This document shows, in pieces, positions 54,490 to 64,000 of a stretch of 64,000 nt of DNA. Below the pieces are notes generated by a model. The model was not told the DNA's origin. It saw nothing but the letters and a program-made list of their open reading frames with translations, and made no database searches. Location: contig NIVC01000188.1 in assembly GCA_002269645.1 (NCBI GenBank), positions 1 to 64,000 on the forward strand. The letters are read 5' to 3'. Origin of the DNA: Macrostomum lignano. Its lineage: Eukaryota. The position numbers and the translations under genes were made by a program. How positions within the stretch are numbered: position 1 is the stretch's first letter; every line of letters begins with the position of its first letter.

Positions 54490-55880
54490 TTGTCGGCTCT
54501 AGACGCTCGAATGCTGTCCATCAGGGACCTGTTGAGCCGCTCGGTTTGGTCGTTGGTGCTCGGTTGGTACGGACAAGTCTTCAGGTGTTGGATGCCCCGC
54601 TCTCGCAGGACCCGGTGAAGGCGTCGCCGAACTGAGGTCCGTTGTCGGTGAGGACCTTCTTGCAGAGGCCCCAGCGTGCGAACAGGCTGCGTAGCACCTT
54701 ACAGACCTTGAAGTCCTCCGGCCACTTGCTGTGCAGATTCGTGATGACCAGTAGGAATCGTGACGACGCCGGCGCTGCCTGCAGTTCATCCACGATGTCG
54801 ATGGCGATCTCTGTCCACGGCGAATCTGGCCATGGCAGGGGCTGCAGCGGAGCCGGTCCTTGTTGACGGTGAGGCAGATGGGCCATCAGGTCGTCCAGCA
54901 TCCTCTGGAAGGCCGCCGGAGCAGACGCTAGGCCAAACGGCACCCGGAAGTAACGGTACAAGCCCCGTCAGGTCACGTGATGACTCATGTAGCTGCATTT
55001 GCATGTACATGTAGCCCGCCTTGAGGTCGATCTTGAAGAACATGCGGTTGCCGGCCGCCTTGATCTTCGCGGAGATCTCGTCCAGCTGCGGCATCGGGTG
55101 TCGGTCGATGATTAGCGACTTATTTGCTTCGCGCACGTCGATGCACACTCGAATGCTGCCATCCTTCTTGTTCGCTACGACCAGATTAGAAATCCATGGG
55201 CTTAAGTTGACCCGCTCGATGATGCCTGCTGCCTCCAGACGGTCGAACTCCTCACCAATCTGTTGCTGCTTGGCGAGTGGCAGGCGGCGCAGCGGCTGCT
55301 GCACTGGCCGTGGCACAGCCGTGTCAATTCTCGGTTAATGCACCGCTCCTCTCTGCAGAGATCGACCGATTAATACGCCAAAGACCGCTGGGAACTCACT
55401 GGAGATGTCCACGTTGGCAATTCCGATGTTGACATCGTGAGGCTGGAGTGGCACTTGGATATGCCCTGCTTCTGCATCAGATCGCGGCCGACGATATTTT
55501 CGCCCGACCTAGTGACGTGAAAGTCTTGTTGCAGTTCTTGGCCGCGGTACTCGACGCCGACTGTTGCGAGCCCCGCGACGGCGATCTTCTTCCCGCCGTA
55601 AGCTCGTAGCTGCACTGCCGATGGCTTCAGAATCGATGTCGCCCAGACTTCTCGCCGTAGCCTCGTTGAGCAGAGAGACTTTGGCGCCGCAGTCGACCAT
55701 TCAGGCTGAGAGACTCCGAGCAGTTTCCCAGTTGAAGCTCGACTCGGATCTCGTCGCTGCCATCATGCACCGCGTAGATCATGACCGTCGATCTTGTCTG
55801 CTCTTCGACTTGGAGTGCTTTGCTGCGGCAGCATCGACTGAAGTGCTTCAATTTCCTGCACTGTTGCATTTTTTGTTGCG
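54490..55880 (-). mobile_element. Degenerate, internally deleted Ty3/Gypsy LTR retrotransposon (gag CCHC, protease, partial RT, partial integrase)
   Basis: In order: CRKLKHFSRCC zinc knuckle, VDCGA protease, RT (PLRRLPLA, SPWISNLVVANKKDGSIRVCID, FFKIDLKAGY, PFGLASAPAAFQR), integrase (PWPDSPWTEIAIDIV, LTDNGPQF). PR-RT-IN order is Gypsy type. Several frameshifts; no LTR pair found. Confidence 0.9.
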
Positions 55881-55911
55881 TAAAAGCAAGGCTATTAAAG
55901 CTCTGCTCCTA

Positions 55912-56306
55912 TAGGCTTTTCCCGAAGATTGGTTCCAGAACCAGAATAATTCCAATTCCAGTGCAGAACCAGAATCGGTAGGAAAATGATCGAAAAGCTT
56001 CGAACCTATTTTATGTTTGTCAGTCTTTATAATTTAATTTTGTTTTTCCTTGACTTTGCTTCGTCTTGGATATGACAAAAAACAGAGTACTAATATATCA
56101 ATAATAAAAAATTGACGATTTCAAATATATATTTTTTGTACTGTTAAAAAGTGTAAAAAATAAACATGACAAATAGATGTAGAAAATTTCTCAAACCGAA
56201 TTCCAGAATCGGATCACGGTTCTGGAACCGATTCTGAAAACGGAACAGACAATATGAAAAGCTTCGAACCGATTCTGGTTTTGGATTCGGTAATATGAAA
56301 AGCCTA
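55912..56306. mobile_element. 395-bp MITE with TA ends and subterminal inverted repeats
   Basis: taggcttttc (55912-55921) is the exact reverse complement of gaaaagccta (56297-56306). Inner exact 13-bp IR aaccagaatcggt (55967-55979) / accgattctggtt (56268-56280). Direct repeat gaaaagcttcgaacc occurs twice. Confidence 0.7.
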
Positions 56307-56756
56307 CTAATCATTTAACCCGGTACAGCGAATTTGAGCAGTTTAACAAAAACACAATCGACCATAGCCAATAGATTATTTAGCTAAGCACTTTTTATAA
56401 ATTTAAACAAAAAAACACATTTAAATAATTAAAAGCTGCAAAAAAAGTACGTTATAAAAATTAAATTATCATCAATAGCAGCTTTGAAAAATTCGAGGAA
56501 ATCCTTTTTTAGTGATCGAATGGTAGTGACAGACACTGCGACTGCTAACTGGTAAGCTGGTAACTGCCACATCCTTAACTAAATTCTTCGTCAGTATTTT
56601 CATTTCAAATAAAATAATAATAAGTTAAGGATAGGAAAAAGCTTAAAAAATTGTTCATAGGCCTACTGTCCTGTCCTGATTCAGATTGTCTCCTGTCTTA
56701 AGTTAGGAAACAATCTATTCTATCAGAACTTACACTTACAGTTATTTTTTTCCGTA

Positions 56757-56922
56757 ATGAGAATGAACACCCGAAACATCGCCATCTTTATCATTCTTGT
56801 TTCATTTGTTTTTGTTTATACTATTCATATCAACTGGAAGCAGAAAAAAGAATTAGCTGCTTATTCACATGAAACAGAGGTCTATGAAAAGCATATTGAT
56901 GAGCTAACTGCTAAATTAAATG
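56757..56922 (+). CDS. First coding exon of a type II membrane coiled-coil protein (GOLIM4/GPP130-like)
   Basis: Short basic N-tail, TM IAIFIILVSFVFVYTIHI, then YEKHIDELTAKLN (like GOLIM4 YQQHQESLSAQLQ, from memory), ending at a phase-1 donor g|gtaagc at 56922/56923. Downstream exons not found in the window. Confidence 0.5.
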
Positions 56923-59596
56923 GTAAGCATGGTTTTATAAATCATTTTTGAATGATCTTTGAGTTTGAAATATGAGTATAGATTGATTGTTTTAAAATGA
57001 TGTCATATATATTTTTTGCTTTGCTATATTATATTTATAATAATTGATATGGCTAGGCCTAATAGTTGTCTTGTTAGTTGTCTATTAAGCCCATAGGCCA
57101 TGCCATACTCCATAGTCCAGATCATGTTGAGTGCACACCGGAATGCTCTGAACCAATGCATGCCAGCCAGTGCCAAGTAGATGCACGCCGGTGCCAAGTA
57201 GATTAGCCAAACTAATATTTTATAAAAAACATGCAACTTTTTACATTGAAAAATGCACTTCAAAAAAGCATATTATGATGTTTTAATGTTTTTAAAAACT
57301 TTTGTAGCATGCAAATATACAGTGGTTCTTTTTGGCACATTAAAATTTACTTGTCAATTTGGAAAAAAGTATGAATTTATGTCTTCATTATACCATGTCT
57401 TTTTATAAACTTGTCTCAACAAAACATGTCCCACTATCATGCCAGGCCATACTATACACCAGGTATTCCATGCTATAGAATGCCAACATGCCACTTTTGG
57501 TATGCAATACCCAAATATATGCTAATGCATGCCACAATTTTTAGACCAAACTAAATGCATGCCACAAATTTCTGGCATGATGTATGCCTTCCGGAACAGG
57601 CCTATAGCCCCTAGATAGAGACTCCAGTAAGTATAGTGTAAGTTGAAAATGATACAAAAACAAAAGTTTTCATAACTTTCATATAAAATTGATTTAGCAA
57701 CCATTATTAGTATTATAAGTATGCTAGGGGTAACTTCTGTCTCTACAAATGATTCCCCAACTATCACTAAGTTGTTATAGGGTTTGACTTCTGTCTTTAT
57801 AAATTGTTCTAATGTTGGTAGCTGCCACCAAGACTATTTTATTAATAAATTATAAGTTTATTAATCTTAGAATAAGTCTGAGAATGTTTCTTAGAATATG
57901 TCTAAGTATATTATTCAGTCATTACAAGTATTTCTTTTCTGTTATTCTGGTAGCATTTACAATGTTCCTAGTAGTGTTCTAATGATTTGGCCTGAGCATT
58001 ACATTGGCTTTACTGGTATACGTATTGTATGTACTTTCCAAGTCCTGGGCGGTACCGAGATCAGAGGGTCACAGCCTCTGGTTATTTTGCATATATTGAT
58101 CTAGATCTACTTCGTAATTCTCTTACCACTCAATACTTTCCTTCTCAGTAATATATATGGTACACACTTCCCTCTACTTCATTCTTACTTCAGCAAATGA
58201 AAAAATTGGAAAACACTTTTCAATATTTACTCGAAACACTTCTTAACTATTTTACCATTTAAGCTGCAAGAGCAAGTCATGAAACGAGACTGAACTGGTT
58301 GCTTCTCTCTCATGCAAAATTTGCTTCTATTGATACCAATTTTTAGGTCTAGTTTTAACAAAAATAAATCGTGAAAATATTTTGGAAAACATAAATAGTA
58401 AAACAAAATGTCATTCTTAGTTTTAGCGCAAGTTTGAAATGTGTACTAGCAATTGAATTTTTTACATAAGACGAGAAGGGCCTTCCTCATAAGCTCAAAA
58501 AGGCACAAGCTTAAAAAGTTACATCATTGAAAAATTGATTTAGCAACCATTAACACAATCTTAAAAAATCATATTGTCAAAAAATTCAGCAATTATCACA
58601 TTAGGCTAATAAATTCACATAACCAAAAACTCATTTAGCAGTCACCATCACAGGCTCAAAAAGTCACAAATTGATTTAGCAGCCACCTTCATATTTTATT
58701 AACTGTTTAAAATTAAATGGAACTATATGAAATTAAAACAGTGAACACTGGAATAAAGAAAGAAATTTTCCAAAACTGGCATCTTTGTCCTAAACTTTGT
58801 TAAGCTCTCTTTTGGTAGGCCTAACCTTGCTCCAGTAAGTTTATTTGAAATTCTTAACTTTGCATTTTAAGGCAAAGCAACATTGTTTATAATATCTTTA
58901 AATAGCAGTATGATGTACAACAAAGCAAAATTCTATCAAGGATATTATGCTGTTTTGTAACATTATCAAATTAAGAAGTACAGATAAAGCTACATTTGAA
59001 AGGGTGGTTGAAAAAATTAAGTAGTCTTAACAATAAAGATTATATACTACAACTAAAAATATATAAAAATTAAAAAATGCTAGCACAAATATAGAGATAA
59101 ATATGTTGCATTAACAGTAAATAAGCCATTTTGCACTTAATGTAAACATATAAATAATATTTTTGTGCTAGAATTAATCATTAAGACTGAAGAATATAAA
59201 TAGGGCATTATCATGTTCTCAAACTTTTTTCCCCTAAAAAGTGTACCATAAATTAAAGCTGCTTTTTAAGGAAATGAAACTTTGAAAAAGATAAGTTTTG
59301 AAAAATTGAAGACTGCTAAAAGTAGGTACATTTCATTATAAAAAGTTATAATCTTATGGCTATAATATTATCTCCAGGCTGGAGATGATTTAAATTTTTT
59401 TAATTTTCCCTATTTTTTTAATTTTTGCTTTTATCTCTATGAAAATGTGCAAATTTGCAAGTCTAATAATTAAGTTTATAAATGAAGATAGGAATATTAA
59501 AACACAACTTGATAATAAACCAAGCAAGGTAACTGCAATTATAGAAATAAGTCAATCGGCAAAAAGGTACAAACAACAGGGCCATAAGTCACAGCT

Positions 59597-60293
59597 GCAT
59601 TTAGCAACAACATATTGTTGAAAATACTATGCAATGGCAATGAGCAGCAGCTAGGTGTTTCTGCTTAAATAAATTGTCAATATTGTTAAATAATATATCA
59701 ACCAATTTAACTTCTTGGTTTTTTGTTTTAAGCTTACACATCTCTGCTCTATTGTTTCACTACTATATTTAAGAAGAAACACTTTTAGGGTAGAAGTATA
59801 TTCTGTTTTGAATTAGCAAATCTTGGTATTTCTAGCAATAAGCTGCTAAATAGACACTTGAATAGTTCTTTTGATTTTAATTCAAAAGTCCTAAGTAGCT
59901 TTCAAATGGTCTTGGATACTTTTTCAAAGATCTATACACAGTAAGCTGTGACTTTTGTTGTATCCAAATTGATATTTCAAGAAAATGGAATTAAATGATT
60001 TAATGGAATGGTAGATTTTTTATCTGTTAGACTTAAAGCCACTTAAAAATTTAAATGCCTCTTAAGAAAAGCATATTCTTAGATTGTTTTGTTGCTACAA
60101 GAATGTCATTATGTCATATAGCACAGAGATAGCAGACAACATAGGTAGCTCTGCACAGACCAGGTTGAGTACAAGTATAGCAAAAGAGGAGCAAATCCAG
60201 GAAAAAAGCTTTAACCAAATGCATTTAGCATTTAGCAACAACATATTGTTGAAAAACACTAGGCATTGGCAATGAGCAGCAGCCAGGTGTTTC
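59597..60293 (+). repeat. Pair of ~65-bp direct repeats
   Basis: gcatttagcaacaacatattgttgaaaa...ggcaatgagcagcagc.aggtgtttc at 59597-59661 and 60228-60293. Confidence 0.75.
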
Positions 60294-60869
60294 GGATTGC
60301 TCTTAACACTAGCAATGATAGTCTATTCATGCTAAGTGATAGTTAGTTATTGCTGCTTTCTCTTGGCGCCAGTGGCAATAGTCAGTCCATGCTAAGCAAT
60401 AGCAAGTAGTGGAACAGCAATGCATGCCTTATTTAGAAAAAAGTTGGTGGCAAAAGAGCAATGCTTTGTGAAATCTCAAATGACAAACTGCTATTATTAA
60501 GGCATTGATAAAGCTCCATGATTTGAACACATTTAATGATTTTTTCATCTTGCATTCACCAGATTTGCAGGCCCTAGTTTAACCCACAGATACTATAAAC
60601 ACTAGATAGGCCACTCCAGCTAATTTTCACAACACGACAGTTTACTCTACTTTCTGCTTAGTAGTAGGAAAAACATTTTAGCTTGATTATTTATATTTTT
60701 TTTAAATAAAAAACAGATGAATGCAATGCAGCAATTGTATTGATTTTTTTGCAAAAAGAAACTTATAATTATACTTTCCACAATTCAAAGCAACATTGTG
60801 AATGCTTTAGATTGCATAGAAGGCTATATTATTGCAGTCAACTATTGTATATTTAGCAAATACGAGCTA

Positions 60870-62100
60870 TATCATATACTCCATAATCCATATTCGTGTA
60901 GCAAAATAGAAAGATTTCTCATCTTAATCAGCTCATCTGTTTGTGAAACTTGCAGCGTGCTGTCAAAGAACAGGGTCGCCAGTCGCCCTTGTTCAGAGGC
61001 AGCATTCAGAAGGGCCCAACAGATGAAAAAAACTGGCGAATGCGCCACTTCAAGGTCCAGGGATGTATCCGATGGAGAGCCAATCCTCAGTGGTTTCGTA
61101 ACAGGCAGCCGATAAGCAGCAGGACTTTTGTGGTGCAGCTGCAATGAGCTGCTGATGAGATGACATCCTTTGACCAGAGCACCCCTGACTGCGAGTGCCC
61201 TGCCGCCCAGTCGACCGCTGGAAGCTGCGCTAGCCACGCCTCCACAGTCCATGGATGCACGACTGCGCTGCACTTGCCTTGACCATCGAGAGTTGCTGCT
61301 GCAGCCGCTTGATTCGCCTGTCACTTTCGGGATTGCCGCTGCAGCCGCTTGATTTGCCTGTCGCTTTCGGGATTGTTGCTGCAGCCGCTTGATTTGCCTG
61401 TCGCTTTCGGGATTGCCGCTGCAGCTGCTTGATTTGCCTGTCGCTTTCGGGATTGCCGCTGCAGCCGCTTGATTCGCCTGTCACTTTTGGGATTGCCGCT
61501 GCAGCCGCTTGATTCGCCTGTCACTTTCGGGATCGTTGCTGCATCTGCTTGATCGTTGCCTCTAGCGCTTGGAACCCGCAAATCGGCTGCAGAGGTGAGA
61601 GCTTTCAGCCGCAACAGCTGTTCTCGGCGCAGAATCTGGTAGCCGAAGGTTGCTCTGCCACAGCACTGGCAGCAGGCAAGTCGCAGGCTCGGCTGCAGAT
61701 AGATTGCTAATTGGCCCCAGCACTGGAGGGTACATGTTGTCTGCCTCTTCATCGTTTATCAGTCCTTTGCACAGAGGGTAGCTGGTCTATTTGAACGAGC
61801 CAAGGCAGCATCAACTCTTGGTGTGGGATTGCGTCCCAGCGAAAACAGATGTCTTGCACATCTGTGGCACTTTGTAAGGCAGCAGTAGGCCTCATCCATA
61901 AAGTGCAAGCTGAACACACGTAGGCCCCGTGATTTAATTGTTTATAAAGGTCAATATCCACGCTCCTGCAGTAGCTGCTGCCAGCGCTTCGCCAGTGTCA
62001 TCTTTTGGTAATTTATGCATTCGCAGCGGATTTTTCTTTCTTGGATGTTAATAGCACTAGTACAAAGTTCATGCAAGTGGGAGCACAACAGTGGTTCAAA
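60870..62100 (-). pseudogene. Decayed LINE-like coding relic (PHD-finger remnant and possible APE endonuclease start) inside the TIR element
   Basis: Across frameshifts: ELC...KIRCEC...H...C..DLYKQL...YVCSAC (PHD spacing), a second CCQCC cluster, then TDELIK...ILLHEYGL resembling the KLDEL...IIxLxETWL start of a LINE endonuclease. Confidence 0.4.
61296..61555. repeat. 40-bp tandem repeat gctgcagccgcttgatt(c/t)gcctgtc(a/g)ctttcgggattgcc, ~7 copies
   Basis: gcagc(c/t)gctt recurs at 61301, 61341, 61381, 61421, 61461, 61501, with a degenerate copy at 61541. Confidence 0.95.
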
Positions 62101-62769
62101 TCAAAACATTACTCGAGTACGAGATTAGATAGAAAAGCTAGTATGCACTTGAACTTTCTTTAACTCTGACTCTTGTCCTGTTTATCTAAATAAGCTTGTA
62201 TTTAAGCACGATTCGCCACCCCCAAATTTTCTAAACCACAACCTCTCAACCCCCACCCCTAACCCAGGCTAGCTATGTGCAGTCCTTTATTTTCTATCCC
62301 ACCACAAGTGGGCGTAAATTATTGATCCACTCACCCTGCCTTATACAAAACTGATATTAACCCTATTCCAGACTACCCCCTTCCTCCACTTTGAAAGATA
62401 GCGGCATTGTACACTGTCTGTCGCGTCTTAATGTACACCATTATTGCACAAAACAAGTTAGTTGTTTATGGCGTTAGCAAAATGATGTCTTAAAAACAGT
62501 CACTCAATTTGTCTAATTTAGCAAATAATAATACTGTTGCTTCCTTTCATTGCTACTAAGCAGAAAGTAGAATAAAAATCTTGCCCAGAAAATTAGCCTG
62601 AGTGGCCTATCTAGTGTTTATAGTATCTGTGGTTTAACCTATACAGATCTATAGCATAAACATCATATATACTTTGAGTTGTTGATGCATAAAAGGTGAC
62701 TATAATGAAAGATTATTCTGAGAAAGTATAAAGTAGAATTATAATTGCAAATGAAAAGAAACAATACAG

Positions 62770-63300
62770 CCCTTACATATGCACCATTCTCACATGTTTT
62801 GGGTGAGGTACATCAATCATAGTTTTCCAACAATTATGATATGACTCCTTGCTGTTTGTCCAATCTTTGCTCCTTGCCATAGAAATCGGAAAGCTCATAT
62901 AGCATTATAGAGAGGCATAGAATAAGCCAGATGTAGCTTTAAACCTCAATGTTGCAGCAGAAATGACTTTGTAGGCCCACTTTTTAAACTTAAAAAGGAT
63001 AGCCTACATGAAATGAAACCAATAGCCATGAGCTTTAGAGTAAGGGAAGGCCTCAATGAATGAGTCATATAGAGCTAACTCAAAATCATTCATTAGATTA
63101 GCAGGTTAGAATTTTAAACATAATTTTTTAGCTTTGCTATACCAGCTTGTAGACTGCCTTATTCTTGCCAATCAAGAGTGCAAGAAAGCAGGGAAGGAAC
63201 ATCCCTTCTTTGAAACTCCCACTGTTAACATCTAATAAAAAGTTAGAAAAACATGAAATGTTCCATCAGCAAAAACTTTGTTGGCACTATTGACCTCCTT
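62770..63300 (-). mobile_element. Decayed MULE (Mutator-like) transposase fragment
   Basis: Motifs in the expected order with stops and frameshifts: FADGTF (63267-63256), MNDFELAL (~63087-63073), FPYSKAHGYWFHF (for CxFH), GLQSH, TNS-ESYHN (for RTNNxxExxH) and HP (~62803). Confidence 0.7.
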
Positions 63301-64000
63301 TAGTAGGTCAGAATGAGCTAAAAATAGCTGCTTCTTCATTTTTCTACAACTAAAACCAATATATAGTTGTGGTATTAGTAGTTATATTAGCATATAATGT
63401 TTTTAATAATTGTAATATAGTTGAGTTTGTATTAAAAAAGCAATTAAACATTATATATGGTAAAAACTATAAAATTTACTAGACAATATAGGCATTAATT
63501 ACATAGGAAATTTTAAACTTTCTCTTATTACAATTTAATAGAATTATTGAATTGTGGGGTTGCTTTATGATTGTATAGTGCATCTATCTATGACATAGCA
63601 AGCTATTGTCATTGTTTTTTAAGCATATTATATGTTCTCCTCATTATATACATTGTAAACTTTAGTGTACTATAGGTTATTATTTGAAGTATCCACATTA
63701 AACTATTAATATAGCTATCAAACTTAGTGAATGAAAGAAAGTTTATTTCTGAATTATGAGTATATTATAATATAGGTAGGTTTCAGCCAAGGTTGGGCTG
63801 ACCTTGCTCATTTTAAGCTTTATTGACCTTTTACCATTTATTGTCATGACACTTTTTCACTGCCTTGAACTTGCTTCTTGCTTACTAGTTGATGGTTCAC
63901 ATTGTATTTTTTGCTTGTGATCATCACCTTTGTCTGGAGCATTTTTTAGAGCTGTGACAATGGCTAAATAAATTATATCATCATTGACATTGGCACTCTT

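Larger units (their letters stand above)
60579..62637. mobile_element. Non-autonomous piggyBac-like TIR element (2051 bp between TTAA target duplications)
   Basis: TTAA at 60579-60582 and 62634-62637. 46-bp TIRs 60583-60628 / 62588-62633 match 43/46 and start CCC. A subterminal IR (ctacttttctgcttagtag / ctactaagcagaaagtag) follows. No transposase inside. Confidence 0.8.

Noticed and set aside
57050-58700. Short recurring motifs (atgcatgccac; aaattgatttagcaacca x3) and candidate exon 2 of the GOLIM4-like gene near 58262
   Set aside because: No definable element ends; the candidate exon lacks the expected sequence similarity and a good donor.

Overview
Eukaryotic (animal) genomic DNA with GT-AG introns and the standard code; there are no prokaryotic operons, CRISPR arrays, rRNA or intact tRNA genes. 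The GC-rich exons and satellite-filled introns recall the flatworm Macrostomum, but that is an unverified impression. Genes reconstructed by hand: the 3' part of an axonemal outer-arm dynein heavy chain (DNAH5/8 type, 1-11410 +, with ten 1-bp frameshifts that look like long-read errors); a claudin/TARP-like tetraspan (-); an F-box/LRR protein like LRRC29/FBXL9 (-); a ~980-aa protein of tandem LRAT-like (permuted NlpC/P60) domains of which only the last keeps the catalytic NCEH motif (+); a 246-aa unknown (+); an ACK/TNK2-type C-terminal exon with no kinase visible (+); a secreted discoidin/fucolectin-like protein (-); and the first exon of a GOLIM4-like type II membrane protein (+). About 17 kb (roughly a quarter of the window) is tandem repeat, and most long introns are nearly filled by their own private minisatellite. 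Mobile DNA: a tRNA-derived SINE family, an internally deleted Ty3/Gypsy, a TA-flanked MITE, a TTAA-flanked piggyBac-like element carrying a LINE-like relic, a decayed MULE transposase, and clustered TACATGTA motifs. All coordinates, splice models and family calls were made by eye without database searches.
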